Source: Convolutriloba macropyga
Taxonomy: Eukaryota
NCBI RefSeq assembly: GCF_964194025.1
Contig: NC_134470.1
Span: forward strand, 24,552,001-24,616,000
Length of the DNA: 64,000 nt
Reading direction: 5' to 3'
The notes under the pieces were generated by a model, which searched no databases, was not told the origin of the DNA, and worked only from the letters and a program-made list of their open reading frames with translations. The position numbers and the translations under genes are program-made. The first letter of the stretch is position 1, and the number at the start of each line of letters is the position of its first letter. Positions 12,277 to 21,907 of the stretch are shown piece by piece.

Positions 12277-12957
12277 ATGAATATCTGTCAAATTTTGTGC
12301 CAAGTTGAAGACAGTGTTTCTAAGCGTTACATTCATGATACCAGTGTTGTTCCACATGCTCTAACCTCCTTGCTTTCGGACGAAGAATTAATACAGCACC
12401 AAAATAGTATTCGTGAATTTGGCAAGTTATACAACGATGTCGTTAAAATTTATACTGCATCTTTTGAAAGTGGTTTACGGACCGAGCCAGATAGCTTCGG
12501 TGGGTTTTGCCTTTTTAATCGTACTGGCCACACTATCAAATTGGGAGTTATTGAAAATACGGTTGGTCTGCTGGCAAAAGTGCCGAAGAACATTGAAATT
12601 GACGACTGGTCTATGATGGAAGGGGAGAAGCTAATGGTTGGCATTGCTAGGTGGGCTAATCACTCCTGCCGCCCGAACTGCGAATATTACATGAGTAGCG
12701 GGTACAATGGTCGGCCTTGTGTCAGGCTTCGTGCTCTGAAAGAAATTTTGAACGGCGATCAACTTCTCACTTTCTACGGTCCGGATTTTTTCGGCGATAG
12801 TAATGCTGACTGCCTCTGTGGGCACAATGATTTGCACGGAAAAATTGAGAGCACTCAAGAAACGTCATCAACAGACTTGACTCATAGTTCAGCAAAAAAA
12901 GCGAAGAAACGTAAAGCCTCGAATAAAAATTCAGAAAAACGTAAGTGTTTTGGATAG
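12277..12957 (+). CDS. SET-domain lysine methyltransferase, Suv4-20/KMT5B-C/Set9-like; probably the N-terminal part of the transposase ORF
   Basis: GIARWANHSCRPNC (NHSC at 12658-69), RALKEILNGDQLLTFYGPDFFGDSNADCLC, DWSMM and LCQVED resemble Suv4-20 [50 protein letters not shown] and LCENDD. Confidence 0.9.
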   Translation: MNICQILCQVEDSVSKRYIHDTSVVPHALTSLLSDEELIQHQNSIREFGKLYNDVVKIYTASFESGLRTEPDSFGGFCLFNRTGHTIKLGVIENTVGLLAKVPKNIEIDDWSMMEGEKLMVGIARWANHSCRPNCEYYMSSGYNGRPCVRLRALKEILNGDQLLTFYGPDFFGDSNADCLCGHNDLHGKIESTQETSSTDLTHSSAKKAKKRKASNKNSEKRKCFG

Positions 12958-15230
12958 TTTAATGAAATTTTATGACGAGTGCTCCAACACTAGTGTTTGC
13001 TCAGAAAGTTCAGAGTCAGCTGTTCTACAGAGTTTTGAGCCGCAATCATCTGATATTGAAGTCACTCATTTGCAAAATTTTGAAGATTCTTTCGAGATTT
13101 CTGATGAAAATACTGATGAAGACATTTTTGAAAGCAGTTTTGTTGAGAACCCTGTGTTCTTAAGCCACAGTAGCTCCTCTGGTTCACATCAAGAGACAGG
13201 TGATTTGGATTTTAGTAAAGAATATAGTGCCCAGCGTTTAAACCATGTGTCTGATGTTTCACCAGCTAATTTAGCGGCGTCGTTGATTGCTTTGATCACT
13301 AAATATAACGCTCCCGATTCTCTTCTGAAAGATTTGCTGAAAGGTGATCAAGCGCTATTTGGCGAAAGTGCGATATCTCCTTGGGCAGTACAAACGCAAT
13401 TGCAAAACTTTTCTAGCAATTATGTTTCACGTAAGCTAATTGTGCGTGAAGGCGAGATAATTCTCATAAAGTTTCGTTCTTTGTTGATGGAAATTGTTGT
13501 TAAATCAATTAACGAAATGTTATCTTACTCAAGAAGCAGAAGCAACACTGAGGATATTTTTATGCCTGAGCTAAAAGTAGTTGATGGAAAGGTGTCAATA
13601 CGGCTCATTTTAAATACCGACGGAGCGCTTGTTGCCAAGTCGCCTATATCTACTGCTTGGCCCCTGTTCATAGCTGTAGCTGATCTTCCTCCAAGAAAAA
13701 GACAGGCTTTCCAAAAATTAGTTCTGGGTTGTCTGTTTGTTGGTTCTGGCTATCCTGACTTCGATATCTTTTTTACCCACATTGAAGAAGAATTGTCAGT
13801 CCCGGAGTATTTTAATTTCGAAGGACAAAAGATATGTGTGATGTTCAAACCCATACTATTTATTGCCGACTTGATAGGAAAATCAAAAGTGCTCAAAATG
13901 AAAAGATGTAACGGCTTCTATGGGTGTACACAGAGAGGTGTTCACTATGCTGGTGTCCATAGATACTCACATAACAAAAAATTTGTCATGAGATCGTTTG
14001 AGTCGCATATGATTAACGTCCAGGAGTTGGAGAAGGGCGCCGATGACAAAATAAGATCCAAATTTGGGCGAAAAGCTGAGTGCGAAATTAGAACGCAAGT
14101 TCTAGAAAAAGCAAGAGTTCTAGGAAAAAGCAAAATTTTAGCCGTTATCCCAAATCAGCCTCTTTCTTCACCTATGGACCCAATGCATCAATTGTTTCTT
14201 GGGGTCGCAAAAGACTTATTTGGACATTTCTACGACAAAATGCCTTCCGTTCAGAAACGTGATTTGAATCACTTCTTGTCATCTATCAAGCTTCCCAGAG
14301 AACTGAAGAACTCTGTTAGATCCTTGGATTCGCTTAATACTTTCAAAGCCAAGGAGCTCAAGGTGTTTCTCTTTTACCTTTCACCAGTAATTTTTCCTCC
14401 ATTCTTGTTTGGCGAGGATAGAGGTAGTGACGAAAATGACCTCAAGAAGATAGTTTTTGCCACACGATTGTTGTTTGACACTTCGGAGCACGCAGACTTT
14501 TGTGACACTCTTTTGAACGATTTCTGCCGGAGCATGGCGGATAAAACGGAAAAAATGGACACAATCAATTTTCATATGCTGAGACACTTGAGTTGGCAAG
14601 TGAAAAATATCCGACCACTTTTCACTACTTCGGCAGCAATGTTCGAATCAACCAACAAATTATTGATTGCACCACTGACAGGAACAGTGAACCAATGCGA
14701 ATTGATGGTGTTGCGTTTCATACGAGCCAAATACGTAACAAAGATGAACGTTCAAGATGATTGCTTAACATCGACGATAAAAGATTTGGTCGAATTGACA
14801 AAGATTAATGAAGATTTATCATTTACTGAAAGCCAAGAAACTCGAGATTTTAGAGACCATCATCCTGAAGCTCAGCTCTTCTGTCGTTTTTTTTCAAAAT
14901 CATTACCTGACTTCCGTTGCCTACGGGCGCGGTTCAGACGCTGACAATTTTGTTGCTGCTGTTCTACATGATCAACTCTTCGTTGGAGAAATCCTCTTTT
15001 TTTTCAGAAATCCATCCACTGGATGTGTTCTACGGAAAATCGAAATATTGAAAAAACTAAAGCTAATGAAAACCGATTTCGCGGTAGAGGTCCCGTACGG
15101 ATTTATTGTTGGTGATGTGATCGAGACTATTGAAATTCCTGTGAGTGCTATTAAAACCAAACTTTTTAAATTTTTGTTTCAAGAAACTGTCTACTTGATT
15201 TCTTTGCTCAAGCATTATGAGCACAACTGA
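12950..15230 (+). CDS. EnSpm/CACTA-family DDE transposase, frameshifted at the T8 run 14887-14894 (ORFs 12950-14944 and 14808-15230)
   Basis: LNTDG (D 13619), WP...LPP..R, IADL (D 13868), NGFYGC, DPMHQLFLG, FKAKELK, NFHMLRHL, FES (E 14645), and C-terminal YLTSVAYGR...DNFV...VGEILFF. Confidence 0.9.
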
Positions 15231-15490
15231 GGTAGTTACTCTGCCGTTACCACCTTGAGTACTGATCAGATTTTTAGTTCATACGTTCTCTTATTGTTAA
15301 GTTCATAATGTTAAATCAAAAGCAGTTATGATCTTAGTTAGATTTGGAAAGATATTGTTAGATTTGATAAACAAATTTCAGGTCGTTTGCTTCATTATTA
15401 ATCTGTTTGTATTTTTCAACTAATTTTAAAAAGACTGTTCTAATCGTTTTCTATTGTTCAGTCAACCGTGACGTAAGATTTCATATTGCG

Positions 15491-15760
15491 NNNNNNNNNN
15501 NNNNNNNNNNNNNNNNNNNNNNNNNNNNNNNNNNNNNNNNNNNNNNNNNNNNNNNNNNNNNNNNNNNNNNNNNNNNNNNNNNNNNNNNNNNNNNNNNNNN
15601 NNNNNNNNNNNNNNNNNNNNNNNNNNNNNNNNNNNNNNNNNNNNNNNNNNNNNNNNNNNNNNNNNNNNNNNNNNNNNNNNNNNNNNNNNNNNNNNNNNNN
15701 NNNNNNNNNNNNNNNNNNNNNNNNNNNNNNNNNNNNNNNNNNNNNNNNNNNNNNNNNNNN
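15491..15760. other. Assembly gap
   Basis: 270 N. Confidence 1.
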
Positions 15761-16190
15761 TTCGGCTGAAAACAATTTTGCGTCTTTCTAGCAGGTGCTT
15801 TACTTGCTTCGGCTAAAATTCAATTTGCGTGTTCCTAGCAGGTGCTTTACCTGCTTCGGCGAGAAATAAGTTTGCGTGTTTTTTAGCAGGTGCTTTACCT
15901 GCTTCGGCGCAAAATAGTTCTCGGTGTATCTAGCAGGAGTTTTATCTGCTTCGACTAAAAATAATATTGCATGTTTATAGCAGGTGCTTTATCTGCTTCG
16001 GCTAAAAATAAGCTGGCGTGTTTTTTAGCAGGTGCTTCATCTGCTTCGTCAAAATATTTCGCGTGTTTTTAGCAGGTGCGTTAACTGCTTGGAGTTAAAA
16101 AATAAGTTTGCGTGTTTTTAGCGGGTGCTTTACCCGCTTCGGCTAAAATTTTTGCGTATTTCTAGCAGCTGCTTTAACTGCTTCGGCCAG
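15761..16190. repeat. Tandem array, ~45-bp unit containing the hairpin AGCAGGT-GCTTT-ACCTGCT
   Basis: About 9 copies of TAGCAGGTGCTTTACCTGCTTCGGC plus an AAAATAAGTTTGCGTGTTT-like linker. Confidence 0.9.
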
Positions 16191-17029
16191 AATTAAAATT
16201 AAATGTTCCAAATATAAAATTGCGTGTTTCTATTTATAGATCAATTGTCGATTTTTGAATTTGACTTGAGATTTTTCAGACACTACAGTTATTTTATCAC
16301 AATTTGCGCTCCTGTTTGTGTCTGTTGTGTGTTGCGTTTGGGTTGATCTTTGTGTCTTGTGGGTGTGTGTGTGCGTTTGTGTGTGTTTTGTTGCTAAGAT
16401 TTTTTTGGAGGTAGAGTTTGGGCCTTGTTTCTGTTGCTTTTTCTCTGTTCATTTCTCCTATAGTTGTTTGTTTGTTTGTTTGTCTAATTTTTGCTGTTTT
16501 TGTTGTTTAGATTTGTTTGGTGATTGAGTTTGAGCCTAGTATTTTTGCTCGTGCTCTGCTCATTTCTCCTATAGTTGTTCGTTTGTAACTCCGCCATAGC
16601 CGGTCCCCAGCCCGGATGAGAAAAGGAGGAGGGAAACACACTCATAATATACTGGAAAGATCTCAAATTTTGGTGTTTTGAAATCGACTTGAGATTATTC
16701 CGACAGTACATTGGCTCTTTTATGACTACTTCTCACAAAATGCCCTTTTTTCTGCGCTTGCTCGTTTTTCGTTCGTTCGCTTTCATGCTCGTTCGTTTTC
16801 GTTTTGCTCTCGCTCGCTTTTCGTTCGTTCGCTTTCACGCTTGTTCGGTTTGGTTACGCTCATTTTGCGGTCGCTCGCTTTTCGCTCGTTCGTTTTCACG
16901 CTCCTTCGCTCGTTTTGCGCTCGCTCATTTTTCGTCGTGGCGCTCGCCTTTTGTGCGAACCCCCACCTTATTTCTGTGCCCCCATTCTTGTGCTTTTAGA
17001 TGTACATTTATTTGTTTGCCTGTTTGTTT

Positions 17030-17240
17030 CTTCAGCGCAATAACCCCCCGCCCTTGTTTGTGACCCCTTCGCGCAGCACAATTACCCCCTGCCCTCTCTG
17101 TGCCCCCTTTGTTGTGCATTTAGATGTTCATTTATATGTTTGTCTGTTTCTTTCTTCAGCGCGATAACCCCCCGCCCTTGTTTGTGACCCCTTCGCTCAG
17201 CGCGATAACCCCCCGCCCTTGTTTGTGACCCCTTCGCGCA
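17030..17240. repeat. 40-bp minisatellite (CAGCGCGATAACCCCCCGCCCTTGTTTGTGACCCCTTCGC)
   Basis: Three clear copies plus one degenerate copy. Confidence 0.85.
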
Positions 17241-17404
17241 TTAGTCTTAGCTATTTAGGGTCTTTGTTTTTTCTTTGGCGGCTATAAAGTCAGGTGCGCT
17301 CCCTATGGAGCCGAGTAATGCACCGGCTCTAGTCTTCAAAGAAGCAAAAAGGCCCATGCAAAAGCTAAGACATGTTTACTGCTGCAAAAATCTGAACAGT
17401 TTCT

Positions 17405-18600
17405 TTGATCAGACTCAAGTGCGCTCGAAACGGCCTCTGATCAGACTCAAATGCGCTCGAAACGTCCTCTGATCAGACTCAAGTGCGCTCGAAACGGCCT
17501 CCGTTCTGCGCTCGCTCGCTTTTCGTTCGTTCGTTTTCACGCTCGTTCGTTTTCGTTTTGCTCTCGCTCGCTTTTCGTTCGTTCGCTTTCACGCTCGTCC
17601 GGTTTGGTTACGCTCATTTTGCGGTCGCTCGCTTTTCGCTCGTTCGTTTTCACGCTCATTTGTTTTTTTTCGCTCGTTTTGCGCTCGCTCGTTGATCAAA
17701 ATCAAGTGCTCTCGAATCGTCCTCTGATCAGACTCAAGTGCGCTCGAAAGGGCCTCTGATCAGACTCAAGTGCGCTCGAAACGGCCTCTGATCAGTCTCA
17801 TATGCGCTCGAAACGTCCTCTGATCAGACTCAAGTGCGCTCGAAACGGCCTCCGTTCTGCGCTCGCTCGCTTTTCGTTCGTTCGTTTTCACGCTCGTTCG
17901 TTTTCGTTTTGCTCTCGCTCGCTTTTCGCTCGTTCGTTTTCACGCTCATTTGTTTTTTTTCGCTCGTTTTGCGCTCGCTCGTTGATCAAAATCAAGTGCT
18001 CTCGAATCGTCCTCTGATCAGACTCAAGTGCGCTCGAAACGGCCTCTGATCAGACTCAAATGCGCTCGAAACGTCCTCTGATCAGACTCAAGTGCGCTCG
18101 AAACGGCCTCCGTTCTGCGCTCGCTCGCTTTTCGTTCGTTCGTTTTCACGCTCGTTCGTTTTCGTTTTGCTCTCGCTCGCTTTTCGCTCGTTCGTTTTCA
18201 CGCTCATTTGTTTTTTTTCGCTCGTTTTGCGCTCGCTCGTTGATCAAAATCAAGTGCTCTCGAATCGTCCTCTGATCAGACTCAAGTGCGCTCGAAAGGG
18301 CCTCTGATCAGACTCAAGTGCGCTCGAAACGGCCTCTGATCAGTCTCATATGCGCTCGAAACGTCCTCTGATCAGACTCAAGTGCGCTCGAAACGACCTC
18401 TGATCAGACTCAAGTGCGCTCGAAACGCCCCCTGATCAGACTCAAGTGCGCTCGAAATGGCCTCTGATCAGACTCAAGTGCGCTCGAAACGCCCCCTGAT
18501 CAGACTCAAGTGCGCTCGAAACGGCCTCTGATCAGACTCAAGTGCGCTCGAAACGACCTCTGATCAGACTCAAGTGCGCTCGAAACGTCCTCTGATCAGA
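17405..18600. repeat. 32-bp tandem repeat (TCTGATCAGACTCAAGTGCGCTCGAAACGGCC) interleaved with TTCG/CTCG-rich blocks in a 258-bp higher-order unit
   Basis: Identical ORF translations at 17802/18060 and near-identical ones at 17834/18092 (period 258); a related TTCG block lies at ~16755-16945. Confidence 0.95.
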
Positions 18601-19029
18601 CCGAACCCAGACCATGGTCCAGACTAAAGAGACTATAATCAGACCTTCCAGACCGAATTGACCCCTGATCAGACCGAACCCAGACCATGGTCCAGACTAA
18701 AGAGACTATGATCAGACCTTCCAGACCGAATTGACTTCTGATCAGACCGAACCCAGACCATGGTCCAGACTAAAGAGACTATGATCAGACCTTCCAGACC
18801 AAATTGACCTCTGATCAGACCGAACCCAGACCATGGTCCAGACTAAAGAGACTATGATCAGACCGTCCAGACCGAATTGACCTCTGATCAGACCGAAATC
18901 AGACCATGGTCCAGACTATTGTGCGCTCGAACCGCTTTCCAGACCCTGTAATTTCGGTCTGGGAACACAGGGGTGTGCGCTCGATTGGGTCTGATCATAG
19001 CTCAATTTGGGTCTGGACCAAAACCTGGG
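18590..19029. repeat. 73-bp tandem repeat sharing the TCTGATCAGA palindrome, ending in a candidate transposon terminus CCTGGG
   Basis: Period 73 (18601 versus 18674), about 4.5 copies; inverted copies of the motif near 18955-19020; abrupt end at GGG 19029. Confidence 0.85.
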
Positions 19030-19389
19030 TTGTAATCATCATCAAATTTTTATTTACTTTCGGCGTTGACTTTTGATAGAAAGTTTAGTGGTATTGGGCT
19101 GTTTTGTATGTGTTTCTGCATCAGTCATAGGACTTTTAGATCTAAAAACTTTTTTTTTACTTAACAGTGGGGACAAAAGCCCGATAAAGGTTCTCCTGTG
19201 TGCACGTTTTTAATGATCAATGCGAGTCAAGATCTCAAAATGTATTACTTGTTGATTGTTGAATGGAAAAAACGAGGTGCTTGATTACTTCTCTGCAAAG
19301 AAGAGATTATGGCAATACATAACGACAATATTATCAACTGGGTTTGCTGATTTTTCCTTGCTCATAACAATTTTTGTATTTTCCCCATC

Positions 19390-19880
19390 TTTTGTATAGT
19401 GTTGTTGGAGAACGTCATTGACTCTGTTGGTTTGGCGTCTCGAGTCTACATAGACAATTCATTGCTGTCAAGCACTATTTTCTCTGCTCCGGTCTTTTTG
19501 GTGCACACGTTTCCCGAAGCCACCATCACATACATTTCCTCATTTCCTATTGTAAATTTCTGATTCGTCTCTACTATCAATTGTGTCTTATTGAAAAATT
19601 TAGCAAAAAAGTTATCCTCATTGTACTAAAAGTTTTAGACGAATTGGCGGACGTATTTTGAAGATTCAAGGGTGGTTGGTTATGTCTCGCTTTGAGCAAC
19701 TTGATTTTAATTATTCATAACTTTTTGGGGCTAGCATTTTCTGAATTATGATGCACCTTCTCAAAAAGATAACTAAGGTTGTAAATGAGACAATTCATTG
19801 TTAAGGCTTGGCTGGACTTTTTGTGATCAATATTCCGTGGCTGCCCAAAATTTGCGAATAACGATATTCATCACAGAAAA
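19390..19880. repeat. Diverged ~500-bp direct duplication, copy 1 (copy 2 at ~20405-20900)
   Basis: Shared blocks TGGTTTGGCGTCT, TACATTTCCTCATTTCCTATTGTAAA and GGTTGGTTATGTCTC. Confidence 0.8.
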
Positions 19881-19922
19881 GTACGTGTATTTGCAATTCC
19901 AGCACGGTGAGGTCTTAACAAA

Positions 19923-20322
19923 TAGACGTACTAAAATGTAGAAATTTCAACGAATGTGATTGGTTGAGAAATTTAAAACACTGTACTGTTAAGTGTTCAA
20001 TTAGCCTAAATTGGACATAGTCTAATGCTAGATTATAATTTTTACCCCATCTGGCCATGCCTCGCGGGCCATGGCTATGCCTCAGCAGCCCGTGGGACTT
20101 GATATGAATCTATCACAACCGAACGTGAGACCAGTTTTCCCCAAAAAAAGTATAATTTTGCTTTTTCGGCTTATCGCAATTTCTGAGCAATTTTACGTTA
20201 ACGCGCATATCCTATTTTAAAACATGGAGAATTTGTTGAGCAATCAGCCAATCAGAAAACAATATTCCCATTTTCTCGATTGTGATTGGCCAGCAATAAA
20301 ATTTCTATTTTTTGGTACGTCT
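19923..20322. mobile_element. MITE with ~23-bp TIRs
   Basis: AGACGTACTAAAATGTAGAAATTT ... AAATTTCTATTTTTTGGTACGTCT; internal GATTGG/CCAATC motifs. Confidence 0.65.
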
Positions 20323-21907
20323 GCCATTTTCACTAGCGCCTTGATGAATCTTCCGCTCGGCTGTTCTGTATTGTGTGACAGTTCATGATTTCTGTTTTTC
20401 TTAATCTTGTGAATCGTGTTGTTTGACAATGTCTTTGATTCCTTTGGTTTGGCGTCTGGAGTTGACAAAAAAAATATTATTGTCATGCAGATTTTGATCT
20501 GCTCTTGTTCTCTTTCGGTGCACACGCTTCTCAAATTCATCATTATATACATTTCCTCATTTCCTATTGTAAACGTCTGATCCGTCAGTCCTATCAGTTG
20601 TGTCCAATATATTGAGATTTGTAACAACAGTTAACGTCATAGGACGATTTAATTTGGAGTTTAATTTAGTATAGCGATCGTGTTTACAATAGTTTTCAAG
20701 TTTCAGGTGGGGTTGGTTATGTCTCACTTTTATCTACAACTGTGATCTAAAATATGGTTAAAACTGTTTTGAACCTTCAATTTTATTTTAGGTTTACGAC
20801 GCACTTTCCTAGAGTGATTTTATGGCTACAATCGAGACAAAAATTTCTTAAGGCTGGCCTTCAATTTTTGTGGTCAATATTTATTGGTTGTCAATACTTG
20901 CAATATTGATTTATTCGTTTGCGTATATTCACCGCAGTAAAATATCGTTTCCTTGCGGAGCGAGTACGGGCAATTTAATTGATGAAACTTCCACTCGGCG
21001 CTGGGGTATTCTGTACAGGTTGTGAAAATGACAAACGAACTCGATGCTGATTACCATTTCATAGGAAGCTTTGTAGGATCCAACTATTCTCCTAACAACT
21101 CTCGTTGTATATCCCCGTCGTTCACTAATGCTATACAAACGTGTTTTACCTTACAGTATTCAGCCAGTTTTTTTAAGCTTCCAAAAAAAATTGCACCACA
21201 GAACTGAGGAGTTATAATGATACAGCTCTTTGATCATCCAATTTCTCTGCCTTATCTTGAAAAAGTATACCTTGCGCTTCATTTTTAAGACATTTTTTTA
21301 GGCATGCGTTGTTCAATTGATTATTGCGTGGCTTACCTTCACATTCTGCTTGTGCAGTAGAGTTAAAAAGTTGCTCTTATATTGGTTCGGCGAGTACTAC
21401 CATTGAGAAGTGTAGTGATAGAAATTCCCTCTATTGCAAAATATTCAACTACACTCGCTGAGCGAAATTTGTCTTTGAATGGGAATTAAGAAATGCTATT
21501 TCAACTTTAAAATCCACGTCTTGACCTAAAAACTAGGAGAATGAATACTCAGGGATTGCGATCGCTGAACAAATGAACAAATTATGCTATACCTGAAATA
21601 ATGCTAAACAACAGAAGTTTTATTGATAATCAATCAATTTTGAACTAAATATAACTCAAAAACGCGGGGTGAATGTGCTTCCACAGTAGAAGGAGATAGC
21701 AATTTCGTAGGGGCGTTTGTTTAATTTAACAGAAGGGAAGTGATCAGAGTGAGACCAACATTAAACATGTGCGTGTATGTTTTCGCGTATACCATATGCA
21801 AGAGCATGCCACAAAACCAAATGCTATACAAAATTGTTTTGCTTTATGCTTCGTAATGTCCTAAACATTACTTCTGAGGAAAACTTTGTCATTATTTGTT
21901 GCTCCAG

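Larger units (their letters stand above)
7464..15490 (+). mobile_element. CACTA/EnSpm (CMC superfamily) DNA transposon body with accessory genes; both ends hidden by gaps
   Basis: Co-oriented cluster of a coiled-coil ORF, two BEN-like genes and a SET-transposase; gene-dense with small introns, unlike the flanking host genes. Confidence 0.7.

Noticed and set aside
12894-12900. Programmed ribosomal frameshift joining SET and transposase
   Set aside because: A +1 shift is needed, and a second +1 homopolymer lesion occurs at 14887; slippage mutation or sequencing error is simpler, though recoding is not formally excluded
16689-18307. Arg/Ser/Phe-rich ORFs
   Set aside because: Translations of low-complexity TTCG/CTCG and 32-bp repeats
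15761-18600. CRISPR array
   Set aside because: Spacers are not unique (they are related or identical), there are no cas genes, and the context is eukaryotic and intron-containing
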